From Mycobacterium arosiense ATCC BAA-1401 = DSM 45069 (GTDB lineage Bacteria; Actinomycetota; Actinomycetes; Mycobacteriales; Mycobacteriaceae), in the NCBI RefSeq assembly GCF_002086125.1, contig NZ_MVHG01000005.1, positions 1 through 32,000 on the forward strand: DNA of 32,000 nt, given 5' to 3'. Shown one piece after another: positions 1 through 8,643 of this stretch. The notes below the pieces were generated by a model. It saw only the letters and a program-made list of their open reading frames with translations, had not been told where the DNA came from and searched no databases. The position numbers were made by a program, and so were the translations under genes. Numbering within the stretch: position 1 is the stretch's first letter; each line of letters starts with the position of its first letter.

Positions 1-511
1 GTGGCGCACCGACGACCGGCGGCGGACCGGCCGGCGGGGGGAACGCGGCGGTGGCGGGCATCGGCCGCGGCATCGGCAAGATCCCTTGGGGCGCAGCGCC
101 GATGATCGAGCTGACGATCGTGCCGTGGGCGTCGCAATCCGATAGGCCGTCCTCACCCATGATGTAGTCGCCACCCGGTACCACCGGCAGCCGCGGGTTC
201 GGGGTAACGCCGGTGTCGATGACGGCCACGGGCACACCGTTGCCGGTGCTGTACTGCCATGCCTTGGTGATATTGAGCAGGTTGAAGCCGGGGGCCAGCT
301 GCGCAACATCGGGGTTGCGCACGGTGATCGGGGTCGAGCAGCTGTTGGCGCGGCGCATCGGCTCTTCGGATCGTGGCGGCCCGTCCGGCGGCACCATTGC
401 CGGATCCACCACGGGTGGTGTAATGGCCAGTGCGACAGGGATATTGGCTGATAACGCGACCATGGTGACAGCGACGGTCACCGCCGCGGCCCTTATCAGT
501 GGCGAATCCAC
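1..511 (-). CDS. mycP2: Mycosin (subtilisin-like ESX protease MycP), N-terminal ~170 aa; the gene continues past the left edge
   Basis: Hand translation of the minus strand from GTG at 511 gives [37 protein letters not shown] (signal peptide with AxA site). It continues to [13 protein letters not shown] (catalytic Asp box) and [15 protein letters not shown] (catalytic His box). The frame has no stop down to position 1. The start overlaps the eccD stop by 16 nt. It is absent from the ORF track because it is open-ended. Confidence 0.85.
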   Translation of the reverse strand, partial: MDSPLIRAAAVTVAVTMVALSANIPVALAITPPVVDPAMVPPDGPPRSEEPMRRANSCSTPITVRNPDVAQLAPGFNLLNITKAWQYSTGNGVPVAVIDTGVTPNPRLPVVPGGDYIMGEDGLSDCDAHGTIVSSIIGAAPQGILPMPRPMPATAAFPPPAGPPPVVGAP

Positions 512-2025
512 GTGAAGAGCCCTCCCAAGGCCGCCGCCGCTGGTAGCAAGACGATGAACGCGAGCACTTCCACCCACTCCACGGTCAACCGGATGAACGG
601 CCGAAAACGCATGGTCGGCACCAAAAGCGCTGCGGCCAAACCTAATGCGGCGAAGGTCGCCACCGCCACCGCGGGCCACATCAACCCGGTCATCGCATCC
701 CGTGGCGCGGCGACGGCGTATTTGACCACGCCCGCGCACACCGCGGCCGACGCCCCGCACACCAGGGCGATGGCCTGATACTTGGCGGCGAACCCGCGGC
801 CCTGGGTGAGGAAGATGCCGGCCACCAGCCCGGCCACCACCAACGCCAACCATGCCCACGGGCGTCCCGGCGCCAGCACGCCCCACACCGCGGCGGGCAG
901 CACTATCGACACCCCGACACACAGTCCCACCTGAACCGCATTGACCAACCGCGCCGAGGCGGCGATCGCGGCGCCGCGCGCGGTGATGTCGGTCAATTCG
1001 TTGTCCTCGTCCTCGGATTCGTCCTCGCTGACCGGGGACACCGTGTCGACGGGCATCCCTTCGCGCCGCGCGAACAGGTCCCGGCCGGTGATCGATCCGA
1101 AATGCGGTGGCCGGACCCGTGCGACCCACAACGCGATCAGGGGAGTCATCCGGACCAGGACGAGCAGTCCGACCAAGACGCAGACCGCCAGCACCTGCGC
1201 CGAGGCCGGCCGGAACATCCGGACGGCGGCAACGGCGGTCAAGACCCCGCAGACCGTCACCACCGCGGTGACCACCGCGGTCTGCCAACGGTTCCGCGCC
1301 GTCACCCCGATGGCGATGGCGCCCAGGATCACGATGACGGCGCCGATCAGCCCATGCGCCGCGCCGAGCCTCCCCGGCGGCGCGCAGCCGCCGGCGGTGG
1401 CCAGCGACAGGACCGCCAGCCACGCGAAGCCGCTGAACAGGTCTCGCCGCTCCCGCCATCCGCTCCGCACCACCAGCGTCGCCACCAACAGCAGCGCGCC
1501 GACGGCGCCCGCGACGGCGGCGGGGATGAGGCCGTCGGTGAACGTCCGTGCCCGCAGGGTCAGGGCCACCACGACCCCCACCGCCATCGCGATCACCGCG
1601 ACCGCGGTGTGGGCGGCGGTCAGCGGCGTCACCGGTGCAAACATCCGATCGCCACCGTCGCGGCCCAGCCACTTGCCCATGGCCGCCAACCCCGTTGACA
1701 GCGACTCGTACTGCGGCTCGAACGACTCGCCGTCCACCCTGGGTACCAGCACCAGGGTGTCGCCATCCTGGACGCCCAGCTCGTCGAGGCTTTTGTTGAT
1801 GTCGAGCCGAACCCCGTTGATCTTGTGCAGTTCGTAGCTGCCCGGGGGCAACGCGATGCCGTCAAAGCCTTTGCGCTTCAGGTCGGCGTCGAACAGCTCG
1901 ACCATTCCCTCGAAGAATCCCTCCATCGGAATTCCGGCGGGGAACACCTGGGAACACAGATGCTTTTCGTAAGAAATGTTGACCGCACAACGCGCCGGGA
2001 AAGCGACCTTATGCGGCGCGGTCAC
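496..2025 (-). CDS. eccD2: ESX secretion system membrane protein EccD (509 aa)
   Basis: The soluble N-terminal ~100 aa (ubiquitin-like region, ...GDTLVLVPR...) are followed by about 11 hydrophobic Ala/Val/Leu-rich helices and an acidic loop ([11 protein letters not shown]). The length matches my recollection of Rv3887c. A GTGA start/stop overlap links it to the upstream ATPase gene, and it sits between that ATPase and mycP. Confidence 0.9.
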   Translation of the reverse strand: MTAPHKVAFPARCAVNISYEKHLCSQVFPAGIPMEGFFEGMVELFDADLKRKGFDGIALPPGSYELHKINGVRLDINKSLDELGVQDGDTLVLVPRVDGESFEPQYESLSTGLAAMGKWLGRDGGDRMFAPVTPLTAAHTAVAVIAMAVGVVVALTLRARTFTDGLIPAAVAGAVGALLLVATLVVRSGWRERRDLFSGFAWLAVLSLATAGGCAPPGRLGAAHGLIGAVIVILGAIAIGVTARNRWQTAVVTAVVTVCGVLTAVAAVRMFRPASAQVLAVCVLVGLLVLVRMTPLIALWVARVRPPHFGSITGRDLFARREGMPVDTVSPVSEDESEDEDNELTDITARGAAIAASARLVNAVQVGLCVGVSIVLPAAVWGVLAPGRPWAWLALVVAGLVAGIFLTQGRGFAAKYQAIALVCGASAAVCAGVVKYAVAAPRDAMTGLMWPAVAVATFAALGLAAALLVPTMRFRPFIRLTVEWVEVLAFIVLLPAAAALGGLFTWIRH

Positions 2026-3047
2026 GGCACGGACCGCTCGGCGTCAGGAATGTATTTGTCCGCCAGCCCGGCGGTAATTTCGAAGAGGCGCAATCGCGAT
2101 TTCTTCTTCAGCTCATGAACCGTATCGATGATCCCGCCTTTGGCAAGGTGTGGATCAAACGGCAGCACTTCGACCGTTGCGCCGACCTTGGTGAAACGCT
2201 CGGTCAAGTACGCCAACGCGTCCTTGTCGGTGATCTGGTCGGTGTGGTTGACAATTACGGTGCTCCGCGAAACCAACTCGTGGTAACCCTGCGACCGCAG
2301 ATAGTCCACCGCCCGCAGCACCGGGCGCGACCGGTCCGCGGTGATGCCGGAGACGAACACGAGCGTGTCGGTGTTCTCCAATACCGGCTTCATCACCTCG
2401 TGTTCGAGGTCGGGAGAGGTGTCGACGATCATCACCGTGTGGGTCCGCCGCAGGCGCGACAGCACCCCGGAAAACATCGCGGGCACCAATGGTCTGGGCT
2501 GGTCGGAAGTCCGGTTGCCGGCCAGGACGTCAAGCCCAATGACGTTCTGTCCCAGATGTTCTCGAATATCCGCGTAGCCCTGGACGTCGGTGTCGTTGAT
2601 GATTGCGGTGTAATCGCCGGGCGGAGATTCGTCGATGCGGTCGGCCAGCGTGCCGAAACCCGGGACGGCGTCGATCGCAATCACGTTCTGCGGACGGCAT
2701 TCTCGGAACACACCCCCGAGGCAGGCGACGACGGTCGTGACGCCCACGCCGCCCTTGCCGGAGACGACCGTGATGACGTATTGCCGTCGAATATGCCGCC
2801 GGATGCGATTTTGCAAATCCCGGTAGTGCCGTTCCCTAGCCGACTCGCCGGGATTTATTTTATGAAACGAGATGGTGTAAATGAATTTCCGCCAGCCCGA
2901 TCCGGGTGGAATTTTCCGCGGCGCGGCCAGATCGGTAATGCGCATGGTGTCTGATACCGAATCCGGGAAGTTGCTGGCCGCTGACGGATCCCCCCGTCTG
3001 AGCGCTCCTTCGTCCGACATATTCGGGTCATTCCAAGGGCTCGTCAC
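2022..3047 (-). CDS. ESX-associated ParA/MinD-like (EspI C-terminal domain-like, Rv3888c-like) P-loop protein with an atypical Walker A
   Basis: 341 aa. The deviant Walker A region reads [17 protein letters not shown], followed by [11 protein letters not shown] and a Walker B-like VMIVDTSPD. It sits between espG and eccD as in ESX-2. GTG at 3047 is taken as the start; ATG at 3020 is an alternative. Confidence 0.8.
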   Translation of the reverse strand: MTSPWNDPNMSDEGALRRGDPSAASNFPDSVSDTMRITDLAAPRKIPPGSGWRKFIYTISFHKINPGESARERHYRDLQNRIRRHIRRQYVITVVSGKGGVGVTTVVACLGGVFRECRPQNVIAIDAVPGFGTLADRIDESPPGDYTAIINDTDVQGYADIREHLGQNVIGLDVLAGNRTSDQPRPLVPAMFSGVLSRLRRTHTVMIVDTSPDLEHEVMKPVLENTDTLVFVSGITADRSRPVLRAVDYLRSQGYHELVSRSTVIVNHTDQITDKDALAYLTERFTKVGATVEVLPFDPHLAKGGIIDTVHELKKKSRLRLFEITAGLADKYIPDAERSVP

Positions 3048-3174
3048 GACGAGATGCTAACACGGTTGGCGATACGGCGTTTACTCGATCAGAAACTCTT
3101 GAAGCACGACAGACGTTGTTATTCCAAGACTTTGGTATCTAAGTTACTTTTGTCAGTTCGCTTCCGGCGCACCG

Positions 3175-4005
3175 TCACACCACTCGCCGATACGAGTGCC
3201 ACTCGTCGCCCGCGGGCAACCGGCGGATGAGCCGTTGGATCGCGCCGCCGATGTCCGTGCGCGACCCGGGCGAAAGAATCTGGTACTGCCGCTGCCCCGA
3301 GGTCACGCTCTCGATGCAGATCCGGCCCGCGGGGGTGTCGACGATGGACACCGTCGCATCCCCGACGGCGATCCGCGCCAATTCGTCCGGCCCCACACCG
3401 GCCTGCAGCCCCACGATGTTGGCGTGCGCGGACCGCGCCGGATCGGCGGCCGTCAGCACCATCTGCAGCTGGTCGGCGTCGAGGCGTTGTTCCAGCAGGA
3501 ACTTTCGCAGGCTGGCGGTGTCGCGCACCGTGCCCAGTAACTGCTCGGTGTCCAGGGTGACCGGCCGCAACGGCGCCGCCTCGGCGACGCCGCACAGCCG
3601 CTCGATCTGACCGACCACCAGGTCTCGGGCCGATGCCTCGTTGTTGGCCGTGCCGGCGGGATACAACCGCACCATGTCGGCATGGCGTTCCAGGACCACC
3701 CACCATGTCGCGAAACGGCAGATCGATGCCCGCGTCGGCTCGCGACCCGGAACCCCGATCAGCACCAGCAGCCCCAGGTCGCGCCGCAACAGAACCGTCA
3801 GCCATTCGCGGATCATCGGGTCGACGTCGCCGGCCTCATCGAGCGCGCCGGCGGCCACCAGCTCGGCGGCCGCGGGGTGGCTCCGCGCGCGCTCCGGGGT
3901 GTCCAGGCGCGGCAGCATGGGTCGCAGCCCCAGCTCAGGGCAGGTTTGCTCCACCCCGGTGATCGCCTGCAAGACCCATAAGCCGTCGACCGTCGTGGTC
4001 AGCAT
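3175..4005 (-). CDS. espG2: ESX secretion-associated chaperone EspG (276 aa)
   Basis: It sits directly downstream of the esx pair and upstream of the ATPase/eccD, with a size typical of EspG. The N-terminus MLTTTVDGLWVLQAITGVE... resembles EspG family N-termini. An SD (GAGGGTAAGG) lies upstream of the ATG at 4005. Confidence 0.8.
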   Translation of the reverse strand: MLTTTVDGLWVLQAITGVEQTCPELGLRPMLPRLDTPERARSHPAAAELVAAGALDEAGDVDPMIREWLTVLLRRDLGLLVLIGVPGREPTRASICRFATWWVVLERHADMVRLYPAGTANNEASARDLVVGQIERLCGVAEAAPLRPVTLDTEQLLGTVRDTASLRKFLLEQRLDADQLQMVLTAADPARSAHANIVGLQAGVGPDELARIAVGDATVSIVDTPAGRICIESVTSGQRQYQILSPGSRTDIGGAIQRLIRRLPAGDEWHSYRRVV

Positions 4006-4122
4006 GTCGCCTTACCCTCACTCAGTGGGTCGCCCGGCCGGTGGACAAGAGACCGAAAGGTGGGGCACATACGCCCGGCGCATCTGCCCCACCCCCGCTT
4101 GTCTCGGTGTGGTTGAGCGGAC

Positions 4123-4410
4123 TCAGAACAGGCCGGCGATGTGCTGGTCGGTGCTGATCGCGTTGTCCAGCACATGGGAGGTCGTCACCCCATGCTGGCG
4201 AATGGTGTCGATGAGGCCCTGCAGCCCGGACAGCATCTGGGCCTGCGCCTCGAAGAAACCCGATGCGCCGTGGCCGGCGAAGAATTCCTGCAGGGCGTTT
4301 GTGCGGTTGGAGGTGTCGTCGAAAATCGACTGCAACTGGCCGGCGCGGGAGGCGACATCGGTGGCGAAGTCGGCTACGGCTCCAGGGTTATAAGTGATCG
4401 GGTCGGACAT
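4123..4410 (-). CDS. esxC: ESAT-6-like (WXG100 superfamily) protein, EsxC-like, 95 aa
   Basis: MSDPITYNPGAVADFATDVASRAGQL...EFFAGHGASGFFEAQAQMLSGLQGLIDTIRQHG...IAGLF closely matches my recollection of M. tuberculosis EsxC (Rv3890c). An SD (AAGGA) sits 8 nt upstream of the ATG. Confidence 0.9.
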   Translation of the reverse strand: MSDPITYNPGAVADFATDVASRAGQLQSIFDDTSNRTNALQEFFAGHGASGFFEAQAQMLSGLQGLIDTIRQHGVTTSHVLDNAISTDQHIAGLF

Positions 4411-4460
4411 GTGGATTTCCTTTCAAAAGACCATTAATGAAATGACGAATGAGTGGGTGA

Positions 4461-4775
4461 TCAGGAGCCGTGGCCGCCGAATAGCGCGCTAAAGGCGTGC
4501 GACGAATCCGCCTCGTGGCCTTCCATCAGCGCCGCCGCCTTCGTCAGCCCCTCGGCCAGACGCGTGCCGCCGGTCAAGACTTTGTTCAAATCGTTTTGGA
4601 CCTCGATGGCCGTGGCGTGCGACGCCGTCACAGCGGAACCAGACCAGGTGGACGGGTTCATCACGTTTTCTTGATTCGCGACGTATCCTTGGCCAATTCC
4701 GATCGCGTGCTCCATGTTCGCCTGGATAGCGTTGGAAGCATCGCGAAGCATTTGCGGTGTCACTTTGATTGTCAC
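4461..4775 (-). CDS. esxD: CFP-10-like (WXG100) protein, EsxD-like, 104 aa
   Basis: VTIKVTPQMLRDASNAIQ...STWSGSA (W-x-G motif)... is the helical partner encoded 5' of esxC. I chose GTG at 4775 because GGAGAAGGAG lies 6 nt upstream. The tracked ORF (to 4838) includes an unlikely N-terminal extension. Confidence 0.85.
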   Translation of the reverse strand: MTIKVTPQMLRDASNAIQANMEHAIGIGQGYVANQENVMNPSTWSGSAVTASHATAIEVQNDLNKVLTGGTRLAEGLTKAAALMEGHEADSSHAFSALFGGHGS

Positions 4776-4876
4776 GGAATTCTCCTTCTCCGGTGGGCCG
4801 CCCCCCGTGAGGGCATGAAGCGAAGTGTATGGCGGCAATTTCTACCTGTCGATTCACCTTTCACCAGGGGTCGGCT

Positions 4877-6058
4877 TCACACTCGAGCGTCGACGACCCG
4901 CACGGTCGCGGGCTGGTCGGCCTTGTCACGGGAGCCGCGGTCGCCTCCCGCCCCGTGCCCCACGGGCATACCGCCCACCGGAGCACCACTCATCGTCGTG
5001 GTCTGCGGTCGCATGGCCTCGGCGCCTAAGGCCCCTGCCGGTCGCAGCCCCACCGGCCGGCCACTGGCCGCGGGCTCGAAGGCGCTGACCGGACGGGTGA
5101 AACTCGTTGCGGGCACACCCGCACCGCCCAGGGATGCGCCCCCGCCGGCACCGGCCTCCGCCGCGGAAAGTCCGGTGGTGGCCGACACCGCCGAGACGGC
5201 CGGCGTCGCCCCGCCCATGCCCAGGGCGCCCGGATTGGCGAACATGCCCATCAGCGGCTGCATCATCTGCATCGGCGCCTGCATCATCTGCGCGGGGGCC
5301 TGCATCGCCTGCGGGACCGCTCCCACTAGCTGTTGCGCCGGCTGCATCAACGAGGTGGCCTGATTCATGAAGTCCTGACCACCCGAGGCGGCCTGACCGG
5401 CTCCCTGCGTTCCGGTCTGCGCGCCCTGCATGGCGGCGCGCATGCCGTCGCCGGCCCCGTGCTCCGCCGCGGACTCGCCGATCGCCGCGGCGGCCTGCGC
5501 GGGCGCGGCCGGCGATGCGCCCATCGTGGCGACCGGCGGCGGAATGGTCAGGCTTTCCGACAAGGCCGTCAAAATCGTTCCGTAGCTGGCGCCGACGGCG
5601 GAGTTATTCGGCCACATGGACCCGAAATACTCGAGCTCCAGCGACGTGATGCGCGGGGTCAGAGCGCCGAGAACCAGCGGGTTGATGCCGTAGTCGGTGG
5701 CCGTCTCGGTGCGGTTTGCGATGCACTCGGGCGCCGGGCGCATCGATCCGTACGCCATCTGGTACGCCGAGACCGCGGTCGACACCACCGCCGGCTTGAC
5801 GTCGACCCAGCCGGCCAGCCCGTGCAGTGACGCGTTCAGTGCGGTTGCGTTTGCCGCCGAGGCCAACGAACCCGAGCCCGTCCAGCTCGCCGACGTCGCG
5901 ACGGTGTTGATGGTTGACGCGATGCTGGAGCCGTGATGGGTTGCCGCCAACGCGGTCCAGGCGGCCTGGTTCGCCAGGTGGGTGATGACGCCGGCCCCCG
6001 CCTTGAGCAGCATGTCGTTGTCCTCGGGCGTACGCGCAGCCCACCCCGGATCGGCCAT
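4877..6058 (-). CDS. PPE family protein (PPE69-like), 393 aa
   Basis: The N-terminus MADPGWAARTPEDNDMLLKAGAG...NQAAW... is a PPE-type helical domain with TPE in place of PPE. The C-terminal half is Ala/Gly/Met/Gln/Pro-rich and low-complexity. It lies 31 nt downstream of the PE gene. The SD is AAGGGGGAAG. Confidence 0.85.
   Translation of the reverse strand: MADPGWAARTPEDNDMLLKAGAGVITHLANQAAWTALAATHHGSSIASTINTVATSASWTGSGSLASAANATALNASLHGLAGWVDVKPAVVSTAVSAYQMAYGSMRPAPECIANRTETATDYGINPLVLGALTPRITSLELEYFGSMWPNNSAVGASYGTILTALSESLTIPPPVATMGASPAAPAQAAAAIGESAAEHGAGDGMRAAMQGAQTGTQGAGQAASGGQDFMNQATSLMQPAQQLVGAVPQAMQAPAQMMQAPMQMMQPLMGMFANPGALGMGGATPAVSAVSATTGLSAAEAGAGGGASLGGAGVPATSFTRPVSAFEPAASGRPVGLRPAGALGAEAMRPQTTTMSGAPVGGMPVGHGAGGDRGSRDKADQPATVRVVDARV
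5258..5312. repeat. Three degenerate 21-bp tandem repeats inside the PPE C-terminal region
   Basis: ctgcatcatctgc occurs at 5258-5270 and again at 5279-5291. A diverged copy, ctgcatcgcctgc, sits at 5300-5312. Together they encode the heptad-like MQAPAQM / MQAPMQM / MQPLMGM. Confidence 0.7.
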
Positions 6059-6089
6059 GCGTACTTCCCCCTTTGTAAGTCGCTAGGCC

Positions 6090-6398
6090 CTAGGCACCGA
6101 TTGCCATCGTCAGGCTGCGCATCAGCTCCGTGACGACGTATGTGCTCGAGGCGATGCTCTGTGCGCCGGCGAACAAACCGCGCTGGGCCGCGTGCTCGGA
6201 CACTACGCCCAAGTAGCTACCGCCGCAGGCGTTGAGCGCCGCTGCGAACATGGCCGAATCGGGGTCACCGCCCATGGGCAACGCCCCCAACAGAACGGGT
6301 GCCGCCGCCGAAGCCGCCGCCTCGGTCTCCGCGCTGATTGCCGACTCAGCGCCCGATGACGCCAGAACCGCCTCGGTTTGCACCGACGTGATTGCCAT
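6090..6398 (-). CDS. PE family protein (PE36-like), 102 aa
   Basis: MAITSVQTEAVLASSGAESAISAETEAAASAAAP...GGDPDSAMFAAALNACGGSYLGVVSEHAAQRGLFAG... is a short PE-domain-only protein. The ATG at 6398 is preceded by GGAGGG. The longer tracked ORF (to 6497) adds a basic, non-PE extension. Confidence 0.8.
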   Translation of the reverse strand: MAITSVQTEAVLASSGAESAISAETEAAASAAAPVLLGALPMGGDPDSAMFAAALNACGGSYLGVVSEHAAQRGLFAGAQSIASSTYVVTELMRSLTMAIGA

Positions 6399-6598
6399 GA
6401 TTCCCTCCGAACGCTCAACCCGAATCCAGGTGTTTGGGGCCTTAGTGTAGTGCGGTTCCCGTGATCTTGTATTCACTGCGGTTTTGACAGGCCTCAAAGC
6501 CCAAATTCAGCCCCTAGCGTGAAAGTACTGGATTCTCGGACGGAGTCGTTGATAAGCCTCAGTCGCCACTCAAGACCCGGGAGCCACAAAAGCACCTA

Positions 6599-6624
6599 GG
6601 CCGCCTGCTGTGCAACGGGTGGCC
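6599..6624 (-). terminator. Weak stem-loop just downstream of the VOC gene stop
   Basis: ggccgcc (6599-6605) pairs with ggtggcc (6618-6624) at 6 of 7 positions around a 12-nt loop. There is no U-tract. It lies between the kinase/VOC unit and the PE promoter region. Confidence 0.3.
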
Positions 6625-6631
6625 GCTCTGT

Positions 6632-7030
6632 TTAATCACGGTCGTGATGGCAGACGGCCTCGAGCTTGATACCGAATGGGTCATACCAGAATGTTGCGTA
6701 ATAATGGCCGGGATATTGCGGGAAATAGTCCGGCGGACGAATGACCGTACCGCCGATGCGAACGACGTGATCGTGCACGGCCCGAACCGACGACCGGTGT
6801 CGCACAGCGAATGCCAGGTGTTGCAGCCCGCCTTGCCGCGCTGAATACTCATGTGGCTCGAGAGCCGGATAAAAGAACAGGAAAGTGCCCGGTTTGTTTT
6901 CGGCGGGCCGATAGGAAAACTCGTCGTCGGCGTGGAAAAACGGCTGAAACCCGACCAGGGGCATCAGGGCGTCGTAATACCGTTTTGCGGCTGACAAATC
7001 AGGCACGTTGATTCCCAGGTGACCGAGCAC
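6632..7030 (-). CDS. VOC (glyoxalase/bleomycin-resistance/dioxygenase) family protein
   Basis: ...LGHLGINVPDLSAAKRYYDALMPLVGF...GGLQHLAFAV...YYATFWYDPFGIKLEAV is a typical beta-alpha-beta-beta-beta VOC module. I chose the in-frame GTG at 7030 as the start. The Arg-rich extension to 7150 looks like read-through. Confidence 0.7.
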   Translation of the reverse strand: MLGHLGINVPDLSAAKRYYDALMPLVGFQPFFHADDEFSYRPAENKPGTFLFFYPALEPHEYSARQGGLQHLAFAVRHRSSVRAVHDHVVRIGGTVIRPPDYFPQYPGHYYATFWYDPFGIKLEAVCHHDRD

Positions 7031-7136
7031 GGCGTCTACCTTTCGTCCAACGGCGCGGTGTACGCGACGGTGGCGGCTCCGGGCACGGTCAGGTCGTAGA
7101 CGTATGCCCGGTCGCCCTTGGCGCTGACCCACATGC

Positions 7137-8465
7137 CTAGGCCGGCCCACGCCCGTCGCCGGCCAGCCTCAGCAGCAGCCGGGTGCCGCCGAGCGGGCTC
7201 GTCTGCAAAGATGCTGTGCCACCATGCAATTCGGCCTGCTGGGCGACCAGGGCCAGGCCCAGCCCCGAGCCCGACCGTGCGGCCGTCGATCCCCGGGCGA
7301 ACCGTTCGAAGACCGTGGCGCGTTCGGATTCTGGAACCCCGGTGCCGTCGTCGTCGATCGCGATCTGGACCCCCTCACCGGAACTGCCGACGGTCAGCTG
7401 GATTTTGCCGGCGTTGCCGTGCTTGACGGCGTTGGCGATGGCGTTGTCGATCACCAACCGCAGCCCGGTGGGCAGCCCGATCATCAGCACCGTCGGCGAC
7501 GGCACCAGCGAGACCTCCACATCGGGGTAGACGCGCAGCGCGTCGTGAGCGGCGCGATCCAGCAGCTCGGTGATGTCGAACGGGACGAAATCGTCAACCG
7601 TCGTCAGCTCACCTTGGGCCAGCCGCTCCAGCGCGGTCAGCGTCGCCTCGATGCGGCTCTGCGTGCGGATGACGTCGCCGATCACCTCGTGACGCTGCTC
7701 GGGCGGCAGATCCAGGGTGGACAGCACCTCCAGGTTGGTGCGCATGGCGGTCAACGGCGTGCGCAGCTCGTGGGAGGCGACCGCGGCGAAGTCGCGGGCC
7801 GATTCCAGCGCGGCCTTGGTGCGCTGCTGCTCCTTGCCGATGCGGGCCAGCATTCCCTCGACCGCCTCGGCGATCTCCACGGCCTCGCGCACGCCGCGCA
7901 CCTGAACCTCGTCGGGGCTGGACTGGGCATTGATCGCGCGGGCCTGCTGGGCCAGCAGCAGGAACGGGTTGACCATGATCAACGAGATCACCCAGCCCAC
8001 CACGACGGTGCCGCCGATGACGCTGGCGCAGATCAGCAGCACCCGCAGGTGCAGTTCGTTGATCCGATGCTGGGCTTCGGCCAGCGGCGCGGCCAGCGCT
8101 ATCGAGGCGGGACCCGCGGTGAAGGTGCGGACCCGGTACTGCACCCCGTTGATCGTGGTGTTGGCGTAGCCGTCGGGAAGCCGGGGCAAGACGATGCTGC
8201 TGGGCACCGATACCGTCACCCCTCCGATGCGCGCGGTGCGCACCAGGTTGCCGTCCGGCGCCGGCCGGTCCGGACTCGCGTGCTCCGCATTGTTGAGCAG
8301 GCTACTGATGTCACCCAGACTGCTGACCGAATCGAGGCGGCGGTCGAGCTGGTTGTACTGATCGTTGGTAACGCCCACCCACACCCAGGTGCCCAGCAGA
8401 ACGACGAGCGTCATCACCGATATGGCGGCGACGATGACGATGGTGCGCAGCGAAAGCACCCGCAT
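7137..8465 (-). CDS. Two-component sensor histidine kinase, PrrB-like, about 442 aa; no adjacent response regulator
   Basis: The predicted architecture is:
- TM1: LRTIVIVAAISVMTLVVLLGTWVWVGV
- an extracytoplasmic segment of roughly 150 aa
- TM2 followed by a HAMP region
- H-box: ARDFAAVASHELRTPLTAMRTNLEVLSTLDLP
- N-box: DNAIANAVKHG
- G1: DDDGTGV
- G2: GSGLGLALV
I took the ATG at 8465 as the start, just before TM1. The tracked ORF to 8702 adds 79 non-membrane residues across the intergenic region. The resemblance to Rv0902c PrrB is from memory. Confidence 0.85.
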   Translation of the reverse strand: MRVLSLRTIVIVAAISVMTLVVLLGTWVWVGVTNDQYNQLDRRLDSVSSLGDISSLLNNAEHASPDRPAPDGNLVRTARIGGVTVSVPSSIVLPRLPDGYANTTINGVQYRVRTFTAGPASIALAAPLAEAQHRINELHLRVLLICASVIGGTVVVGWVISLIMVNPFLLLAQQARAINAQSSPDEVQVRGVREAVEIAEAVEGMLARIGKEQQRTKAALESARDFAAVASHELRTPLTAMRTNLEVLSTLDLPPEQRHEVIGDVIRTQSRIEATLTALERLAQGELTTVDDFVPFDITELLDRAAHDALRVYPDVEVSLVPSPTVLMIGLPTGLRLVIDNAIANAVKHGNAGKIQLTVGSSGEGVQIAIDDDGTGVPESERATVFERFARGSTAARSGSGLGLALVAQQAELHGGTASLQTSPLGGTRLLLRLAGDGRGPA

Positions 8466-8568
8466 CGGCAGCTGTACACGCGGTAGGACGCGAATGTCAG
8501 GCTCCTTCGGTGGGTCACCGGCCAGTGGCGCTTCGCAAGAATTTAACGCTAACCGCATCGCTTCCTTC

Positions 8569-8592
8569 CCCGTCACGTGCCCCGTCACGTGC
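8569..8592. promoter_or_regulatory. Perfect tandem duplication of the 12-mer CCCGTCACGTGC (each copy contains the palindrome CACGTG) in the divergent kinase/TetR intergenic region
   Basis: The 12-mer is read directly at 8569-8580 and again at 8581-8592. The repeat also shows up as PVTCPVTC and HVTGHVTG in the shadow ORF translations. Confidence 0.5.
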
Positions 8593-8621
8593 CAAAACCG
8601 AAGCGATTTGGCCCTGACCTG

Positions 8622-8643
8622 GGTGAGTGAGTACTCTCTCACC
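8622..8643. promoter_or_regulatory. 22-bp near-perfect palindrome abutting the TetR start codon; candidate TetR operator
   Basis: GGTGAGTGAGT|ACTCTCTCACC has one mismatch between the half-sites and ends 1 nt before the ATG at 8644. Confidence 0.5.

Noticed and set aside
213-515. 100-aa plus-strand ORF at the left end
   Set aside because: It is antisense to the mycP N-terminus, which has clear catalytic Asp and His boxes. The plus-strand product has no recognisable features.
941-1837. 298-aa plus-strand ORF (and the nested 1102..1698 ORF) opposite eccD
   Set aside because: Its Ser/Thr/Arg/Pro-rich low-complexity translation lies entirely antisense to a well-supported membrane protein gene. 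This is the typical high-GC shadow ORF.
7224-8486. 420-aa plus-strand ORF opposite the histidine kinase
   Set aside because: It is Arg/Gly/Asp/His-rich nonsense with no motifs, whereas the minus strand carries complete H, N, G1 and G2 boxes.
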